Shown: positions 10,042-20,936, counted from the first letter of the stretch. The stretch is 64,000 bases of DNA from Candidatus Heimdallarchaeum endolithica (GCA_021513715.1 CP084167.1:2176001-2240000), one strand, 5' to 3'. A program made the numbers and translations. The notes: generated from the sequence alone by a model not told the origin.

Positions 10042-10800
10042 ATGAAATTAACTGGTTTCCTCCGTTCGATATTTAGAGGTAAAGAAAAGGATTTCATGGA
10101 AAAATTTTACAAGATGTTAAGTGAAAAAAGGTATGTAAATTTAGCTAGAATTGAAACAAAACTATCCTACACTCAAAGAGTAGAATTAGTAAATAAATTA
10201 CTAGCGGATAATTTAATTTCTGGTATTTTCTTGCCTGAGAAAAAGTACTTTTTTTCATTTGATAAAAAAATGCTGGAAGAAACAGAACAAAGATTTAAGC
10301 AATCAGGCAAATTAGATGCACAGAAGTTAAAAAAGCAATGGTCTATAAATGAAAAATTATTGAAATTTGTACTCCAAAAATTCGGAAAAGGATTTTTGGG
10401 CTATACATACTATTATTCATATGATTATGTTTACTCTCTATTGAAAAATAATTTAGTAAAATGTGAGGATGAGTTCTCTCTTAAGAATCTATCTAGTGAA
10501 CTTGGCTTGGATGAAGAAATTATTATTAAACTTACGAAGACTCTCTTAAATGAGAGTGAAGTTAGAGGGGCGATAAAAGGTAATTCTTTGTTCCTTTCTG
10601 AGAAAAAAACCTTCGAGTTAATAATGGAAATAATTGAAGAACAAAGCGAAAATACCTTTGAGATAGCCTTTGATGATATCTCAAAAGTAGCTGATATTCC
10701 AATAACCTTTATTGAACCAATTCTATTTAAGATTGTTCAAGAAAATCCAGATAGATTCACTTTATATCCTATTGATAAAAAAATATTGATAAAAAATTGA
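10042..10800 (+). CDS. Tandem winged-helix protein (UFL1/DDRGK1/PCI-like)
   Basis: Repeated helix-turn-helix-wing patterns (LLADNLISGIFLPEKKYF; FSLKNLSSELGL...VRGAIKGNSLFLS). Confidence 0.55.
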   Translation: MKLTGFLRSIFRGKEKDFMEKFYKMLSEKRYVNLARIETKLSYTQRVELVNKLLADNLISGIFLPEKKYFFSFDKKMLEETEQRFKQSGKLDAQKLKKQWSINEKLLKFVLQKFGKGFLGYTYYYSYDYVYSLLKNNLVKCEDEFSLKNLSSELGLDEEIIIKLTKTLLNESEVRGAIKGNSLFLSEKKTFELIMEIIEEQSENTFEIAFDDISKVADIPITFIEPILFKIVQENPDRFTLYPIDKKILIKN

Positions 10801-10967
10801 TTTTTTTATTCTTTATACTTCAAGGTAGTAATCACAATTTTTTGTAAGCCCTTTTTCTGACGTTTTTGTTAAGCCAATATAGGTGCTGTTTGTTTTTTTA
10901 CAAAATTTTTTGTACTCCAAATAACGAAATGCTTATTAATAGGAATAAAATGGGTGAGATGATTAAT

Positions 10968-11075
10968 ATGGACTTTAATGTAGTATATGTGTTGACTATT
11001 GTACTAGCAATATTGGGTGCATTTTTTGGACTTTTCTTTCATGCATTTCACACAGGATCATCTGATTCAGAATAA
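10968..11075 (+). CDS. 35-aa single-TM microprotein, OST4-like
   Basis: GGTGAG SD then MDFNVVYVLTIVLAILGAFFGLFFHAFHTGSSDSE; followed by a T-rich terminator. Confidence 0.6.
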   Translation: MDFNVVYVLTIVLAILGAFFGLFFHAFHTGSSDSE

Positions 11076-11099
11076 ACTTTTCTTTATTTCTTCCTCTTG

Positions 11100-13214
11100 T
11101 TAAATTGATTTTAATATTTCATTAGCTCCTTCACGATAATCTAAAAAGTCCACTTTTGATGCACTGACCTCTATAACGTTAAGGTAATTATTTAATCTCG
11201 CAAAACCTGTGATTCTAACAAGTTTTCCTATGAAATTTTTATTTTTCAAGTACATATAAGGTGCTTTATCTGATTCACTCTCATTAATTAAAGATATAAC
11301 TGCTTGTGTTTCCATTCCTATTACATGTTCAGCTGTTTTTCTACTGCAAACTATGTTTAAATTTTCTGTTCCGTCATTTATTACAAAATTGAAAATAAGC
11401 AGGGGGTCAGCTTCAGGAATTACATTATGTGTAGGGCATATAAATTGACCATCATCATCAATAGAAACTTTTTTTCCACAATCTTTACATAAATGATAAA
11501 TAAACTGTCTGTCATACAAATGTATTATTGTTCCTTCTACTACTACTTTCTCTCCTTGTTTTATCTCATCTAAGTCTTTGATTTTCTCTTTTGACAATTC
11601 AATTTCTGCTATTTGATTTCCTGAAACAAATCCTGTCATTTCATCTGGTTTTTTATCACTCTTTATCAAAACAGTGCTATTTGTAATTATCAAATCTGGA
11701 GGGTAGTTTTCATTTATTTTCACTTTTGCATTTATTATTTGGACATAATCATTATCTGAGAATTTCACTAATTTTTTAACGTTATTTCGCCAACATGTTA
11801 CACGAATTTTTCCTGTGTTATCATTTAAATTAAAAGTTTGTAATTCTACTGTTTCTCCTGTTTTTGTTTGGATTTCTCTTATTGGTTCTAAATTTGTTAT
11901 AACTCCACTAACATTTATTATATCTTGGTCACTTGAGATTCCATCAACAGTTGTAAAATCTATACTTAAATCTTTGAGTTTTCCCTTAATTTCATCCACT
12001 ATAATCTTTGTTTGGTTTCCACAGTAAATTTCTAGCCCAAAATTATTATTTTTCTTTGTATATCCTCCTATTATCTTTAGTTGTTTATGAAGATCCTCTT
12101 CATTTACTTTTTTGGCATTGTTGTCCCATAGTACAACACGTATTGAAGTTGTTCCATCAGAAATAATTAAGTTGCGAACTAGTCCTTCTGTCCCATCATT
12201 TCTCCTAAATTCTCTTATAGGCATTATTGAAGTGATAATCCCTTTAGTTGAAACCATTCTGTTTGATTCATTTATATTATCTAAAGGTTCTAATTCTATA
12301 TTTTCAATATTGTTGGCTCGTATTAGTTCTTTTTTTACCTTGACTTCTCTTTCAGCATCTAGTTTTATGATTTTGCTTACTCGTGTAGACTGTAATTCTA
12401 TTTGTCCATCTCCTCTGATCTTGGCGTTTAATCCATTAACATACACTAATTCTCCTATTTTAAACTGCAAAATTTCTGATGCTAATTCATTCCAACAGTT
12501 CACTATTACTTCTCCTGTTTCGTCACCAATAATTGCAGTAACTTTGTATCCTTCTGTCCCATCATTTCTTTGGAAATTTAACATCTCTTCGTCTTTTTTA
12601 GTTATTTTTCCAAAGATTGCTAAATCCTTCTCAGTTCCTTTTATTTTTTCAATTTTATATGTATCTATTTTATATTCTGGTAAATCAGTTTCGCTAATAT
12701 CTGATGGGCGAATTTGGACATATCCTTTGTTTCCTACGTGAAGCTCGCACTCTCCATTTTTACCTTCTTTTGTGTAAGCTCCGATAATTCTGATGGGGTC
12801 TCCAATTTTGCAATTTGCATTCCTTAAATCAGCAACCTTTTGATCCCAACACACTACTCTAATCGTTCCTGTTTTATCTTCAACAATTAATGATTGTAAA
12901 ACTCCTTCTCTATTAGTTGTTTTTGATTGAAAAGTATATTCTCCATATATTCTTAAAACTCTACCAGAAATTGAAACATTATTCAAATTTGGTACTAAAT
13001 CTTTTATTGGGGTTGTGGCAGGTAGAGCTTTTTCGATTTCCTCTCTTGAGGATAAGTCAACATTAAGATCTTTTGCAACAATATGTGCCGCCCCTATTTC
13101 TGTAACAAGATCACCTAGTTTTTCTTTATGTTCCGATATCAATTTATGAATTTCATCTTTTGTTTTTCCTGTTTCTAAAACTATTTTATCAATTATTTCT
13201 TTTAAATTATCCAT
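11100..13214 (-). CDS. rpa: Replication protein A large subunit (multi-OB fold plus Zn finger)
   Basis: Repeated D-x-TG/S-x-I-x-V-x-x-W OB motifs, N-terminal helical domain (GAAHIVAKDLNV), C-terminal CKDC...CPTH zinc finger. Confidence 0.9.
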   Translation of the reverse strand: MDNLKEIIDKIVLETGKTKDEIHKLISEHKEKLGDLVTEIGAAHIVAKDLNVDLSSREEIEKALPATTPIKDLVPNLNNVSISGRVLRIYGEYTFQSKTTNREGVLQSLIVEDKTGTIRVVCWDQKVADLRNANCKIGDPIRIIGAYTKEGKNGECELHVGNKGYVQIRPSDISETDLPEYKIDTYKIEKIKGTEKDLAIFGKITKKDEEMLNFQRNDGTEGYKVTAIIGDETGEVIVNCWNELASEILQFKIGELVYVNGLNAKIRGDGQIELQSTRVSKIIKLDAEREVKVKKELIRANNIENIELEPLDNINESNRMVSTKGIITSIMPIREFRRNDGTEGLVRNLIISDGTTSIRVVLWDNNAKKVNEEDLHKQLKIIGGYTKKNNNFGLEIYCGNQTKIIVDEIKGKLKDLSIDFTTVDGISSDQDIINVSGVITNLEPIREIQTKTGETVELQTFNLNDNTGKIRVTCWRNNVKKLVKFSDNDYVQIINAKVKINENYPPDLIITNSTVLIKSDKKPDEMTGFVSGNQIAEIELSKEKIKDLDEIKQGEKVVVEGTIIHLYDRQFIYHLCKDCGKKVSIDDDGQFICPTHNVIPEADPLLIFNFVINDGTENLNIVCSRKTAEHVIGMETQAVISLINESESDKAPYMYLKNKNFIGKLVRITGFARLNNYLNVIEVSASKVDFLDYREGANEILKSI

Positions 13215-13307
13215 CTAAATCCTCTTTCTTTTTAGTTATCATGATTTTTAATATAGCTTTTTTTTGATATTTTTTTATTTAATTCATCAATGTTCTCTTT
13301 TATTATT

Positions 13308-14636
13308 TTATAAGTAATATTTATCCTGTCCTTTTATTAAACTAAAACCTATTATACATTTATTCTCTTGTTTTAGTTCAAATTTTTTTCCTTGGTAATA
13401 TTTTATTTCTTCGCTAATTACTAGGTGACAATTGGGATATTTTTTAAGAATTTTTAGTAAGTCTTCAATATCTTCTCTCCATATTTGTAAAATATAAAAC
13501 CATAGTTGATTATTTTTTTTATCTATAACATGATATTCTTCCAAAGATGGAAGTAAAGGGTATAAAAACACCTGTTTTGTCTTGGTAATTAGCAAAATTT
13601 TTACATGATTTTTACTTTTTATCCTGATTTCAGGGTTAATTATACCTTGTTGTACAAATCTTTGTTTTGCTCTAGTTAATGTACGTTCTGATATCTCATA
13701 ATTTTCAGTTATCTGTCTAAAATTTGGTCTTTTATAATCTTTTGAACAATTCACTAATAAGCTTATAATATAGTCAATAGATTTTTTTTCTGGATGATTT
13801 GTGTTGTCATGAACTAAATATTGTTTATCCTTTAATTTTTCGTTTTTTTGCAGCATTATTTGTTCTATTATTTTATTTTGTTTGGATAGGTTTCTTTTCT
13901 TTATGATTATTGGAATATTGATTATATACTTTTTATTAACTATTTTATAGTCTGCTGTTTCATTTTCATTTAAAGATATGACTTGTTGTATCTTTAAATC
14001 AGGAAAAAGAGTATAATTCTTTTTTATTAGTGTTGATTTGCCAATTTCTTTTTCTGATAGACTGAAATATTCGTTTATTCCAACTTTTTTCCAATCAATA
14101 CTAGCTTCTAACTTTATTCCTTTTTTCCTCAAATTGTTTATGATTATTGTGATCTTCTTGTTGGAAACGTTTAATCTTTTTGCAATTTCATTAAATATTA
14201 TTGGTTCCTTGTTTTCTATTTGTTCATTTAGCAATTTTAAGAATTCTTTTTCTAGTGGAGTAAATGTGTTTTTTTCTAATAGTTGTCTTGAAAAATAATT
14301 TTCTATTTCTTTTAAATTCATACCTTTGAAATAAATAGAATCATGGAATTGTTTTAGTTCTGGAAAGAAATTTTTGTAATCCGCATATTCCATTAAAAAA
14401 ATGTTTTTTTCATACTCTTTAGAAAAGAAATAACTCTTAAACAGTCTTACAATAATATCTTTTATTGTAGTTTCGAATTTTGGAAAAGAGTCTCTGAATA
14501 ATGTACATACTTTTTTTTGACTATACTTTACTTTTTTCATCCTAAATTCAGTAGGAGATATATAGCCCTTAAGTAGGTTTTCTATTAACTTTTTTATCTC
14601 CTTAATTTCTTCATGGATTTTTGCTTCTTTTATCAT
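13308..14636 (-). CDS. Protein with two wHTH (Lrp/AsnC-like) modules, putative regulator
   Basis: FNEIAKRLNVSNKKITIIINNL and FRQITENYEISERTLTRAKQRF HTH patterns. Confidence 0.55.
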   Translation of the reverse strand: MIKEAKIHEEIKEIKKLIENLLKGYISPTEFRMKKVKYSQKKVCTLFRDSFPKFETTIKDIIVRLFKSYFFSKEYEKNIFLMEYADYKNFFPELKQFHDSIYFKGMNLKEIENYFSRQLLEKNTFTPLEKEFLKLLNEQIENKEPIIFNEIAKRLNVSNKKITIIINNLRKKGIKLEASIDWKKVGINEYFSLSEKEIGKSTLIKKNYTLFPDLKIQQVISLNENETADYKIVNKKYIINIPIIIKKRNLSKQNKIIEQIMLQKNEKLKDKQYLVHDNTNHPEKKSIDYIISLLVNCSKDYKRPNFRQITENYEISERTLTRAKQRFVQQGIINPEIRIKSKNHVKILLITKTKQVFLYPLLPSLEEYHVIDKKNNQLWFYILQIWREDIEDLLKILKKYPNCHLVISEEIKYYQGKKFELKQENKCIIGFSLIKGQDKYYL

Positions 14637-14859
14637 TATCTTTATTACTATGACTATTTATAAAAATACAACAAAATTATTCCTTTAACTTTTACAAGTG
14701 CATATTATTATCGAAAAACTTATTATATATAAGCAAATTGCTATTTTTAACATTAAAAAATTATTATAATTGATGATTATTGCTGATAAATTACATGAAT
14801 ATTATAGTAAACAAAAATTTTATTAATTGTCTTGTTGTTGAGTGTAGTGGGGGATACAA

Positions 14860-15018
14860 ATGCCAACGATTAAGAAATGTGCTATGTGCGGATGTAGTAG
14901 TAATCATCATCTCATAATGGGGGAAGATGGAAAATATTATTGCCTTCCTCATTACGTTGTACAATATTTAAATCACAAATCTGATAATACAAAAACACGA
15001 GTAAACTTTAGTTTGTAA
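14860..15018 (+). CDS. 52-aa zinc-finger microprotein (CxxC-x17-CxxH)
   Basis: Below the ORF-track cutoff. GGGGGA SD-like, then MPTIKKCAMCGCSSNHHLIMGEDGKYYCLPHYVVQYLNHKSDNTKTRVNFSL, then a T-tract terminator. Confidence 0.7.
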   Translation: MPTIKKCAMCGCSSNHHLIMGEDGKYYCLPHYVVQYLNHKSDNTKTRVNFSL

Positions 15019-15099
15019 TTTTTTTTGATTTTATTTCATTTTTAAAATTGAAAAAAATAAATGTAAAACTAAAGAAAAGAAAAAAGAAAAGAGAAGTAA

Positions 15100-17349
15100 T
15101 TAAATTTCTGGGTATAAAGTGTTAAGTTCGGCAGCTAACTGTGCAATATTTGATGGATAAATGACTTCATAGATCCTAACAGTTGGATAAGCTCGTGCTT
15201 CTGATAGACCGCCTAGACCAAAGCTTCTAAAAACTTCTTTGAAGTAAACGAAGCCATCACTCCCTTCTAAAGTTTTTACAGGATAATTTTTCATTAACAT
15301 AAATGACCCACTTTCTGCTGTTTGAGGCCCATTAGGATGAAAAGCAAAACCTGAATTCTCATCATATGCTGCTAATCTATATAGTACAGACATATAGAAT
15401 GGTTCTTTATATATGGTACCTTCTCCTTCTGTTTCTGATTTGGAATAATACGCAGACTCATTTATTCCATATCTAGGAACGGTGGATTCTGCAATACGTA
15501 TTGGCCATATTGCCTTTCCTAGATCTGAACCCAAACCTGTTTCTCCTGCTTGACTGTTGATTAAAACGTACTTTATATTATATTTGTACATTAATTTCAC
15601 TGCCTCTGTGAAGTTCCACATAAGCATTGTTCCAACTATACCTATCTGGGTTTTATTTGTTGTTGCGTTGTCAACAAGTGTTGTGGCATTTCCATAATTG
15701 GTTATCCAATATCCGTAATCCCACCAACTGAGTACCACTGAAGGGCTATTTTTTACTATTCCTTCTCCTTGTGCATTATTCCTTAACCAAAGTAGTGCTT
15801 CTTGCCAATCTGTGAGAGGGAGTAAGTTCTGGCTGTTAACTATTGGTGCCATCTCTGATTGGGCAAAGTTTTTTGCTATTCCCATACTGTGGAAAACAAA
15901 GGTAACTAGTAATCCAAAAATTATCACATATACTATAATTGCCTCATCTCTTCCAATAGATTTTGCAACACGTAGTTTTCTTTTTGTTAAAGCTATTTTA
16001 CCATGAGCACTCAAAGCATATGGGAATAATAATTTGTCAATAGCTATTGCACTTAATAAAGATGCAGCTGGTGCAAGCAACAAGGCTAATCTTATCATTG
16101 AACCAGAGAAATATATGGTTGTTATTCCGAACAATAATACTGTGATATTGACATCTGTTGGTTTTTTTATGCAATAGTAAATACCTACTGGGATCAGAAA
16201 CGTCATGATGTGGATATTATTGAATAATTCTCCCCAAGCCATAGGTTGGTGTTCACTTACAGATGATATTATTGGGATTGAGGATCGACCACTAGGTAGA
16301 ATTACTGCCCAGAATTTATCTGCAATATTTTGAAATATTCCTAAAGAAAGGAAAACTGCTGTAGCAATAGCAACCAAAATTGTTATACTCAGGACTCCAA
16401 TAACCACTACTTTCTTAAACAGTTTTTCACTTAAATTACTGGCCATATTTTGTATCATACTTACTAATATTAGAAACACAATCATTAAGACTGGTATCAT
16501 AATTTCAATGTTGAAAAATTCATTCTTAAGAACACGAATAACAACAAAACCTAAACTTAGTGCTGTAGAAATTGTAATTGTGTAACTTTTTACAATCTTA
16601 TAATTAAGTTTTCGAAGAATTGCCAAGAAAAATACAACTAGAGGTAATAGGTCTAAAACATACCTGTATGCACCCCAGCTTCCCATCAAAGCTGCTAAAC
16701 TTATTCCTGCCCATATTGCTGATGAAGTTCTACCGTTTTTCATAGCTTTTATGAAGAAGTACAAGGAAAGAACAGTAAATAGAATACCTACAGATTCGTT
16801 GTCAAAGAAACCTGCAACGCTTCTTGATAAGAATGCAGGAGTGATTGACATGAAAAATGCAGTAAATAATCCTGTTCTTGGGCTATTAGCTTCTTTTCCT
16901 AGATAATAGGCAGCTATTATGGTTAAAGTCCCATAAATTGCAGGGCTGTAATAAGCTGCTTGTTGTATAGTTACATTTATTGATAGAAAACCGAGAATCA
17001 TTTTTAGTAAAACAGCACTTAAAGGTACTCCCCAATATAATTCTTGTCCAATCTTAAAACCAAAGGGATACCATGAATCCGTTTTAAACCAATGAACAAA
17101 ATTTGCAAAACCATGGTCGCTGATATATGTTGCACTTTGTAGTTGCACATAGGGATCAAATGCTTTTATCAAGGGGTCATATCCTTTGATGACACTAAAC
17201 AATCTTACTATTATTCCTACTGATAAAATAAGTAGAAAAGCTAATTTATGCAGAATATCTTCTTTCTTTATTTCATAATCTTCGAAATGATCGACTATAC
17301 GATCCCATAAATTTGATAACATATCTGATAAGCCTTCGTTGCTAGACAC
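15100..17349 (-). CDS. aglB: Oligosaccharyltransferase AglB/STT3
   Basis: AFDPY, GFFDNE, SVSEH, WWDYG and DNAT motifs; multi-TM N-terminal half. Confidence 0.96.
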   Translation of the reverse strand: MSSNEGLSDMLSNLWDRIVDHFEDYEIKKEDILHKLAFLLILSVGIIVRLFSVIKGYDPLIKAFDPYVQLQSATYISDHGFANFVHWFKTDSWYPFGFKIGQELYWGVPLSAVLLKMILGFLSINVTIQQAAYYSPAIYGTLTIIAAYYLGKEANSPRTGLFTAFFMSITPAFLSRSVAGFFDNESVGILFTVLSLYFFIKAMKNGRTSSAIWAGISLAALMGSWGAYRYVLDLLPLVVFFLAILRKLNYKIVKSYTITISTALSLGFVVIRVLKNEFFNIEIMIPVLMIVFLILVSMIQNMASNLSEKLFKKVVVIGVLSITILVAIATAVFLSLGIFQNIADKFWAVILPSGRSSIPIISSVSEHQPMAWGELFNNIHIMTFLIPVGIYYCIKKPTDVNITVLLFGITTIYFSGSMIRLALLLAPAASLLSAIAIDKLLFPYALSAHGKIALTKRKLRVAKSIGRDEAIIVYVIIFGLLVTFVFHSMGIAKNFAQSEMAPIVNSQNLLPLTDWQEALLWLRNNAQGEGIVKNSPSVVLSWWDYGYWITNYGNATTLVDNATTNKTQIGIVGTMLMWNFTEAVKLMYKYNIKYVLINSQAGETGLGSDLGKAIWPIRIAESTVPRYGINESAYYSKSETEGEGTIYKEPFYMSVLYRLAAYDENSGFAFHPNGPQTAESGSFMLMKNYPVKTLEGSDGFVYFKEVFRSFGLGGLSEARAYPTVRIYEVIYPSNIAQLAAELNTLYPEI

Positions 17350-17575
17350 AGTTATTCACCTAATTGTTGAACTATTTTTTTAGTCTATTATTATTTGAAA
17401 TGAGTAAAAGTGTGAGGTTTAAAAACATTACTTATCAGATTACTTTTTATTCACTAGCTTTTTTTAGGAATAACTCTTCAATCTAATGACTTAGGATTTT
17501 AAACTAAAAAACTCATTAATTAGAAAAACTTATAGTAACTAAAAAAATCTCAATCAAAACTAGAAAGCGATTCAA

Positions 17576-18388
17576 ATGGCGAAGAAATCTAAGTATATTC
17601 TTGTAACTGGTGCGTCTGCTGGGATTGGATTGGCTATTACCAAATTTCTTGCAGAAAAAGGAGATTATGTCATCGCAACGGATAAAAATAAAATTTCTGA
17701 TGATATTCTTGAACAGTATAACAATATTGACTTCTTTAAAATGGATTTAGCTAACCATGATAGTATCCTTTTGACAAAAAAGCTAGTAGAAGACAAGTAT
17801 CAAGAAATAGATGCATTAGTTAACAATGCTGGTATTTTTGTTGGTGGTCCATTGGTTGAGATAGATATAGAGTTAATAAATAGAATTTTTGCAGTAAATG
17901 TGTTTGGAACAATTTTTGTTACTCAAGTTTTTTTTCCATTGATTCACAGGAAAAAAGGAAGGATAATCAATATTAGCTCTGAAGCTGGACGATTTACTCC
18001 TCCGTTTAGTGGGCCTTATTCTATGGTGAAATACACAATTGAATCATTTTCTGATGCTTTACGACGGGAGTTAATGTTTGTCGGAGTTAAAGTTTCAACA
18101 ATACAACCTGGTGCTGTAAAAACTGATCTTCTAAATAAGACTCCCAATTATTATATAACATCAGATTCTTCTTTATTTTCAAAACAAATAAGCCGAATAC
18201 ATCAACTAAGTTCTAGTGAATGGAAAAGAGCTACTGAACCTAACACTATTGCAAAATTAGTATACAAAGTTATACATACAAAAAACCCTAAACCTAGGTA
18301 TAAAATAAAAAATAACCTTGGTAGACGCGTTTTAGAGTACTTACCTGATAGATTGGTGGATAAAATGATAAAAATAATTTTAAGATAA
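17576..18388 (+). CDS. Short-chain dehydrogenase/reductase
   Basis: TGASAGIG, NNAG and YSMVK (YxxxK) motifs. Confidence 0.93.
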   Translation: MAKKSKYILVTGASAGIGLAITKFLAEKGDYVIATDKNKISDDILEQYNNIDFFKMDLANHDSILLTKKLVEDKYQEIDALVNNAGIFVGGPLVEIDIELINRIFAVNVFGTIFVTQVFFPLIHRKKGRIINISSEAGRFTPPFSGPYSMVKYTIESFSDALRRELMFVGVKVSTIQPGAVKTDLLNKTPNYYITSDSSLFSKQISRIHQLSSSEWKRATEPNTIAKLVYKVIHTKNPKPRYKIKNNLGRRVLEYLPDRLVDKMIKIILR

Positions 18389-18467
18389 ATTCACTTTTTT
18401 TATAGTAAAATTAATTAAGCTAGTATGCTTTAATCGTTATTTAAGAAAAGATGTTAAGGGGAAAAAA

Positions 18468-18866
18468 ATGAAACTAGAAAGAAAAATTGCCTATGCTTTA
18501 GCTAAAGAACTTAAAGAAATTACACAACAAGCTAAATTAGAAGCTCTTGCGGTTTTAACTGCAACAGGTGATAGAGTAGCTTTTTATGCAGGAGATAAAA
18601 AAGCTAATTCTACAGAATTATCAGCTATTGGAGCTGCACTTGTTGCTGCAGCTAGATTGGCATTAGAACGTCTTAATTTTTCACCTATTAATGATGTTAT
18701 GGTACGTGGAAAAAATGGTCTGTTGATTATCAAATCCATTGGGGATTTTCACTTAATTGGTGGAACAAGCGACATTGAAGAGTTTAAAACAGCAATAGCG
18801 GTACTATCTAGCCATGCACCAAAAATTGCTGATATTTTATCCTATGTTGAAATTGATGAAGAATAA
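18468..18866 (+). CDS. Roadblock/LC7-domain protein
   Basis: AVLTATG, LSAIGAALV and VMVRGKNGLLII match the MglB/roadblock pattern. Confidence 0.85.
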   Translation: MKLERKIAYALAKELKEITQQAKLEALAVLTATGDRVAFYAGDKKANSTELSAIGAALVAAARLALERLNFSPINDVMVRGKNGLLIIKSIGDFHLIGGTSDIEEFKTAIAVLSSHAPKIADILSYVEIDEE

Positions 18867-18893
18867 ATCTACTTTTACTATTTTTTTAAAATT

Positions 18894-20444
18894 CTAATTA
18901 ATATTTTTGAAATCGATAGCTGTTCTTTGTAAATTCTTCAAATTTATAATATAGGTTTCACCAGGATTAGGATTAATATTCATGCTTTTTTGATATTCTG
19001 TTTGAGATTGAAATGTTCCAGAACTGATTAGTGTCACATTCCTGTAAGTTGAATCTTCACACAAGTGTGTGTGTCCAACATGAAAAATATCTGGAATTCG
19101 ATTGATGACAAGCTGATCAATATAATCAGGCATAATAGGTGTTCTTTGTCCATAAATAGGTACTAAGTGTCTATTTCTCAGCATTTCAACCATAGCAGGT
19201 ACTGCAGATTCATGGGGGATATCCCTAATTGCAGCATTAATGTCTATTATTGAATTACCATGGGACATCAAAACCTCTACATTATGAGCTTTAATATATG
19301 CGGGACTACCCAATAAATGGATATTATCTATTTCATACAGCTCTTCTGCAAATTCTTTTCTAATAGGTGATTGAGGTTCTGCAGCTCTCGCTGCGTCATG
19401 ATTTCCAGGTATAATAATTATCTCAATATCTGAATTGATCTTTTCAAAATACTCTGAAGCTTGCAAATATTGAACTTTAATGTTTTTTAACACAAGATCT
19501 GCATCTTGATTAGGATAAACTCCTACTCCGTCGACTATATCTCCTGCTACAAAAAGATATTTTATTTGTTCTCCTATTTTATTAAATTTTGAGGAATTCA
19601 AGTCAGCGTTGAGAAATTTTATGCTCTTCATAAATACATTTCTGAGAAAATGTCTTGAGCCTATGTGCATGTCAGAAATGAACAGGGCGAAGACATCTTG
19701 CTCTGAATAATGCACTGGTTTATTATATGGAATATCAGGCCAGAAAATATCAGAAATATAGAGTAATCCTCTTCTCCATTGACCTGTGAAACAAAGAATA
19801 GAATCTTCAAGAACATGAATAGCTTTTTGAATTATCGCTTGAGGTTTTTTTACTAGTATTGCTTCTATTTTTCCTTCCAAATCCTCTAATTCAAAAGAAA
19901 AAATACCATTACTCCTTTCATTTTTTGCAAAAACAGAGGCAATAACTGAAACTTGATCACGTGAATCAATTGATTTTAGATATCTTGTGTTAACAATATT
20001 CTTTATATCACGTCTTCCCTCAAATATTTTTGATATCTGTTTAAATCGACTAACAAAATATTCGTGAAATTTATCAACAGAGATTCTATCTATTTCCATT
20101 GAAGGAGTGTTAATAATTTCTAATTCTGTGTCAATTTTATTTTTCCTTTCTCTTGGTATTGCTGAAGGTGGTCTTTTTTGAACAATTTTTTTCTCAACAA
20201 CCTTTTTTTCAATAACTCCTGCTTGTTTTTTTTCCTTTATATCACCTAATCCAGCTTTTGAAATATCTGTTTTAATGATTTTTTTTATTGTATCTAGATC
20301 TAAAATAATTTCTTCTGGTTTAACTTTTAAAATCTTATCTATAATCTCATCTCTATCCGTCTCTTGCATCAAAAACGAAAATGTTTCTGGCGTAAGTTGA
20401 TAACCGCTACTCATAAGTTCTTTAAGCTTCTCGGGAATTACCAT
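18894..20444 (-). CDS. polB: DNA polymerase D small subunit DP1 (proofreading exonuclease)
   Basis: OB fold followed by calcineurin-like motifs SDMHIGS, GDIVDG, PGNHD, SHG and GHTH. Confidence 0.95.
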   Translation of the reverse strand: MVIPEKLKELMSSGYQLTPETFSFLMQETDRDEIIDKILKVKPEEIILDLDTIKKIIKTDISKAGLGDIKEKKQAGVIEKKVVEKKIVQKRPPSAIPRERKNKIDTELEIINTPSMEIDRISVDKFHEYFVSRFKQISKIFEGRRDIKNIVNTRYLKSIDSRDQVSVIASVFAKNERSNGIFSFELEDLEGKIEAILVKKPQAIIQKAIHVLEDSILCFTGQWRRGLLYISDIFWPDIPYNKPVHYSEQDVFALFISDMHIGSRHFLRNVFMKSIKFLNADLNSSKFNKIGEQIKYLFVAGDIVDGVGVYPNQDADLVLKNIKVQYLQASEYFEKINSDIEIIIIPGNHDAARAAEPQSPIRKEFAEELYEIDNIHLLGSPAYIKAHNVEVLMSHGNSIIDINAAIRDIPHESAVPAMVEMLRNRHLVPIYGQRTPIMPDYIDQLVINRIPDIFHVGHTHLCEDSTYRNVTLISSGTFQSQTEYQKSMNINPNPGETYIINLKNLQRTAIDFKNIN

Positions 20445-20545
20445 TCGTGAAAACGGTCTGAAGAATCTATAAAAATATTACACTATTTTACACTAACAAA
20501 ATTATTTGTCCTTTTTTAAATCAAAGAAACTCCTCTCTTTTACTT

Positions 20546-20755
20546 TTAAACATCCTTCTTTCTTTTTTTAATAATATAAACAGAATATGCAAGACCAATG
20601 AACAGTAAACTTATTGATACAATAATAAATATCGATAGTTGGAGAGCACCTGAAAATATCATATAGAATACAATTAAAAGTAGAGGAACACCTATTGAAA
20701 GATTAAAGTAAGGAAGACTTTTCCACTTATTATATTGCTCACTATTTTCAATCAT
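20546..20755 (-). CDS. Small two-TM membrane protein
   Basis: Two hydrophobic helices and a basic tail (IKKRKKDV); start uncertain. Confidence 0.5.
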   Translation of the reverse strand: MIENSEQYNKWKSLPYFNLSIGVPLLLIVFYMIFSGALQLSIFIIVSISLLFIGLAYSVYIIKKRKKDV

Positions 20756-20936
20756 TATTAATAATAAAAATAAATAATATTTATACTCCACAGAAAATTG
20801 ATACTCGGTAAAAAAATTGAAAGTGAAAATATTGTAGTAATTGACAGTTTTTAATAATTTAAAGAGAAAATCTGAAAAAATTTGATTATAATAGGTGTTT
20901 CGCTATATGTTTTTATAGAATTCTAAAATAGATAAA

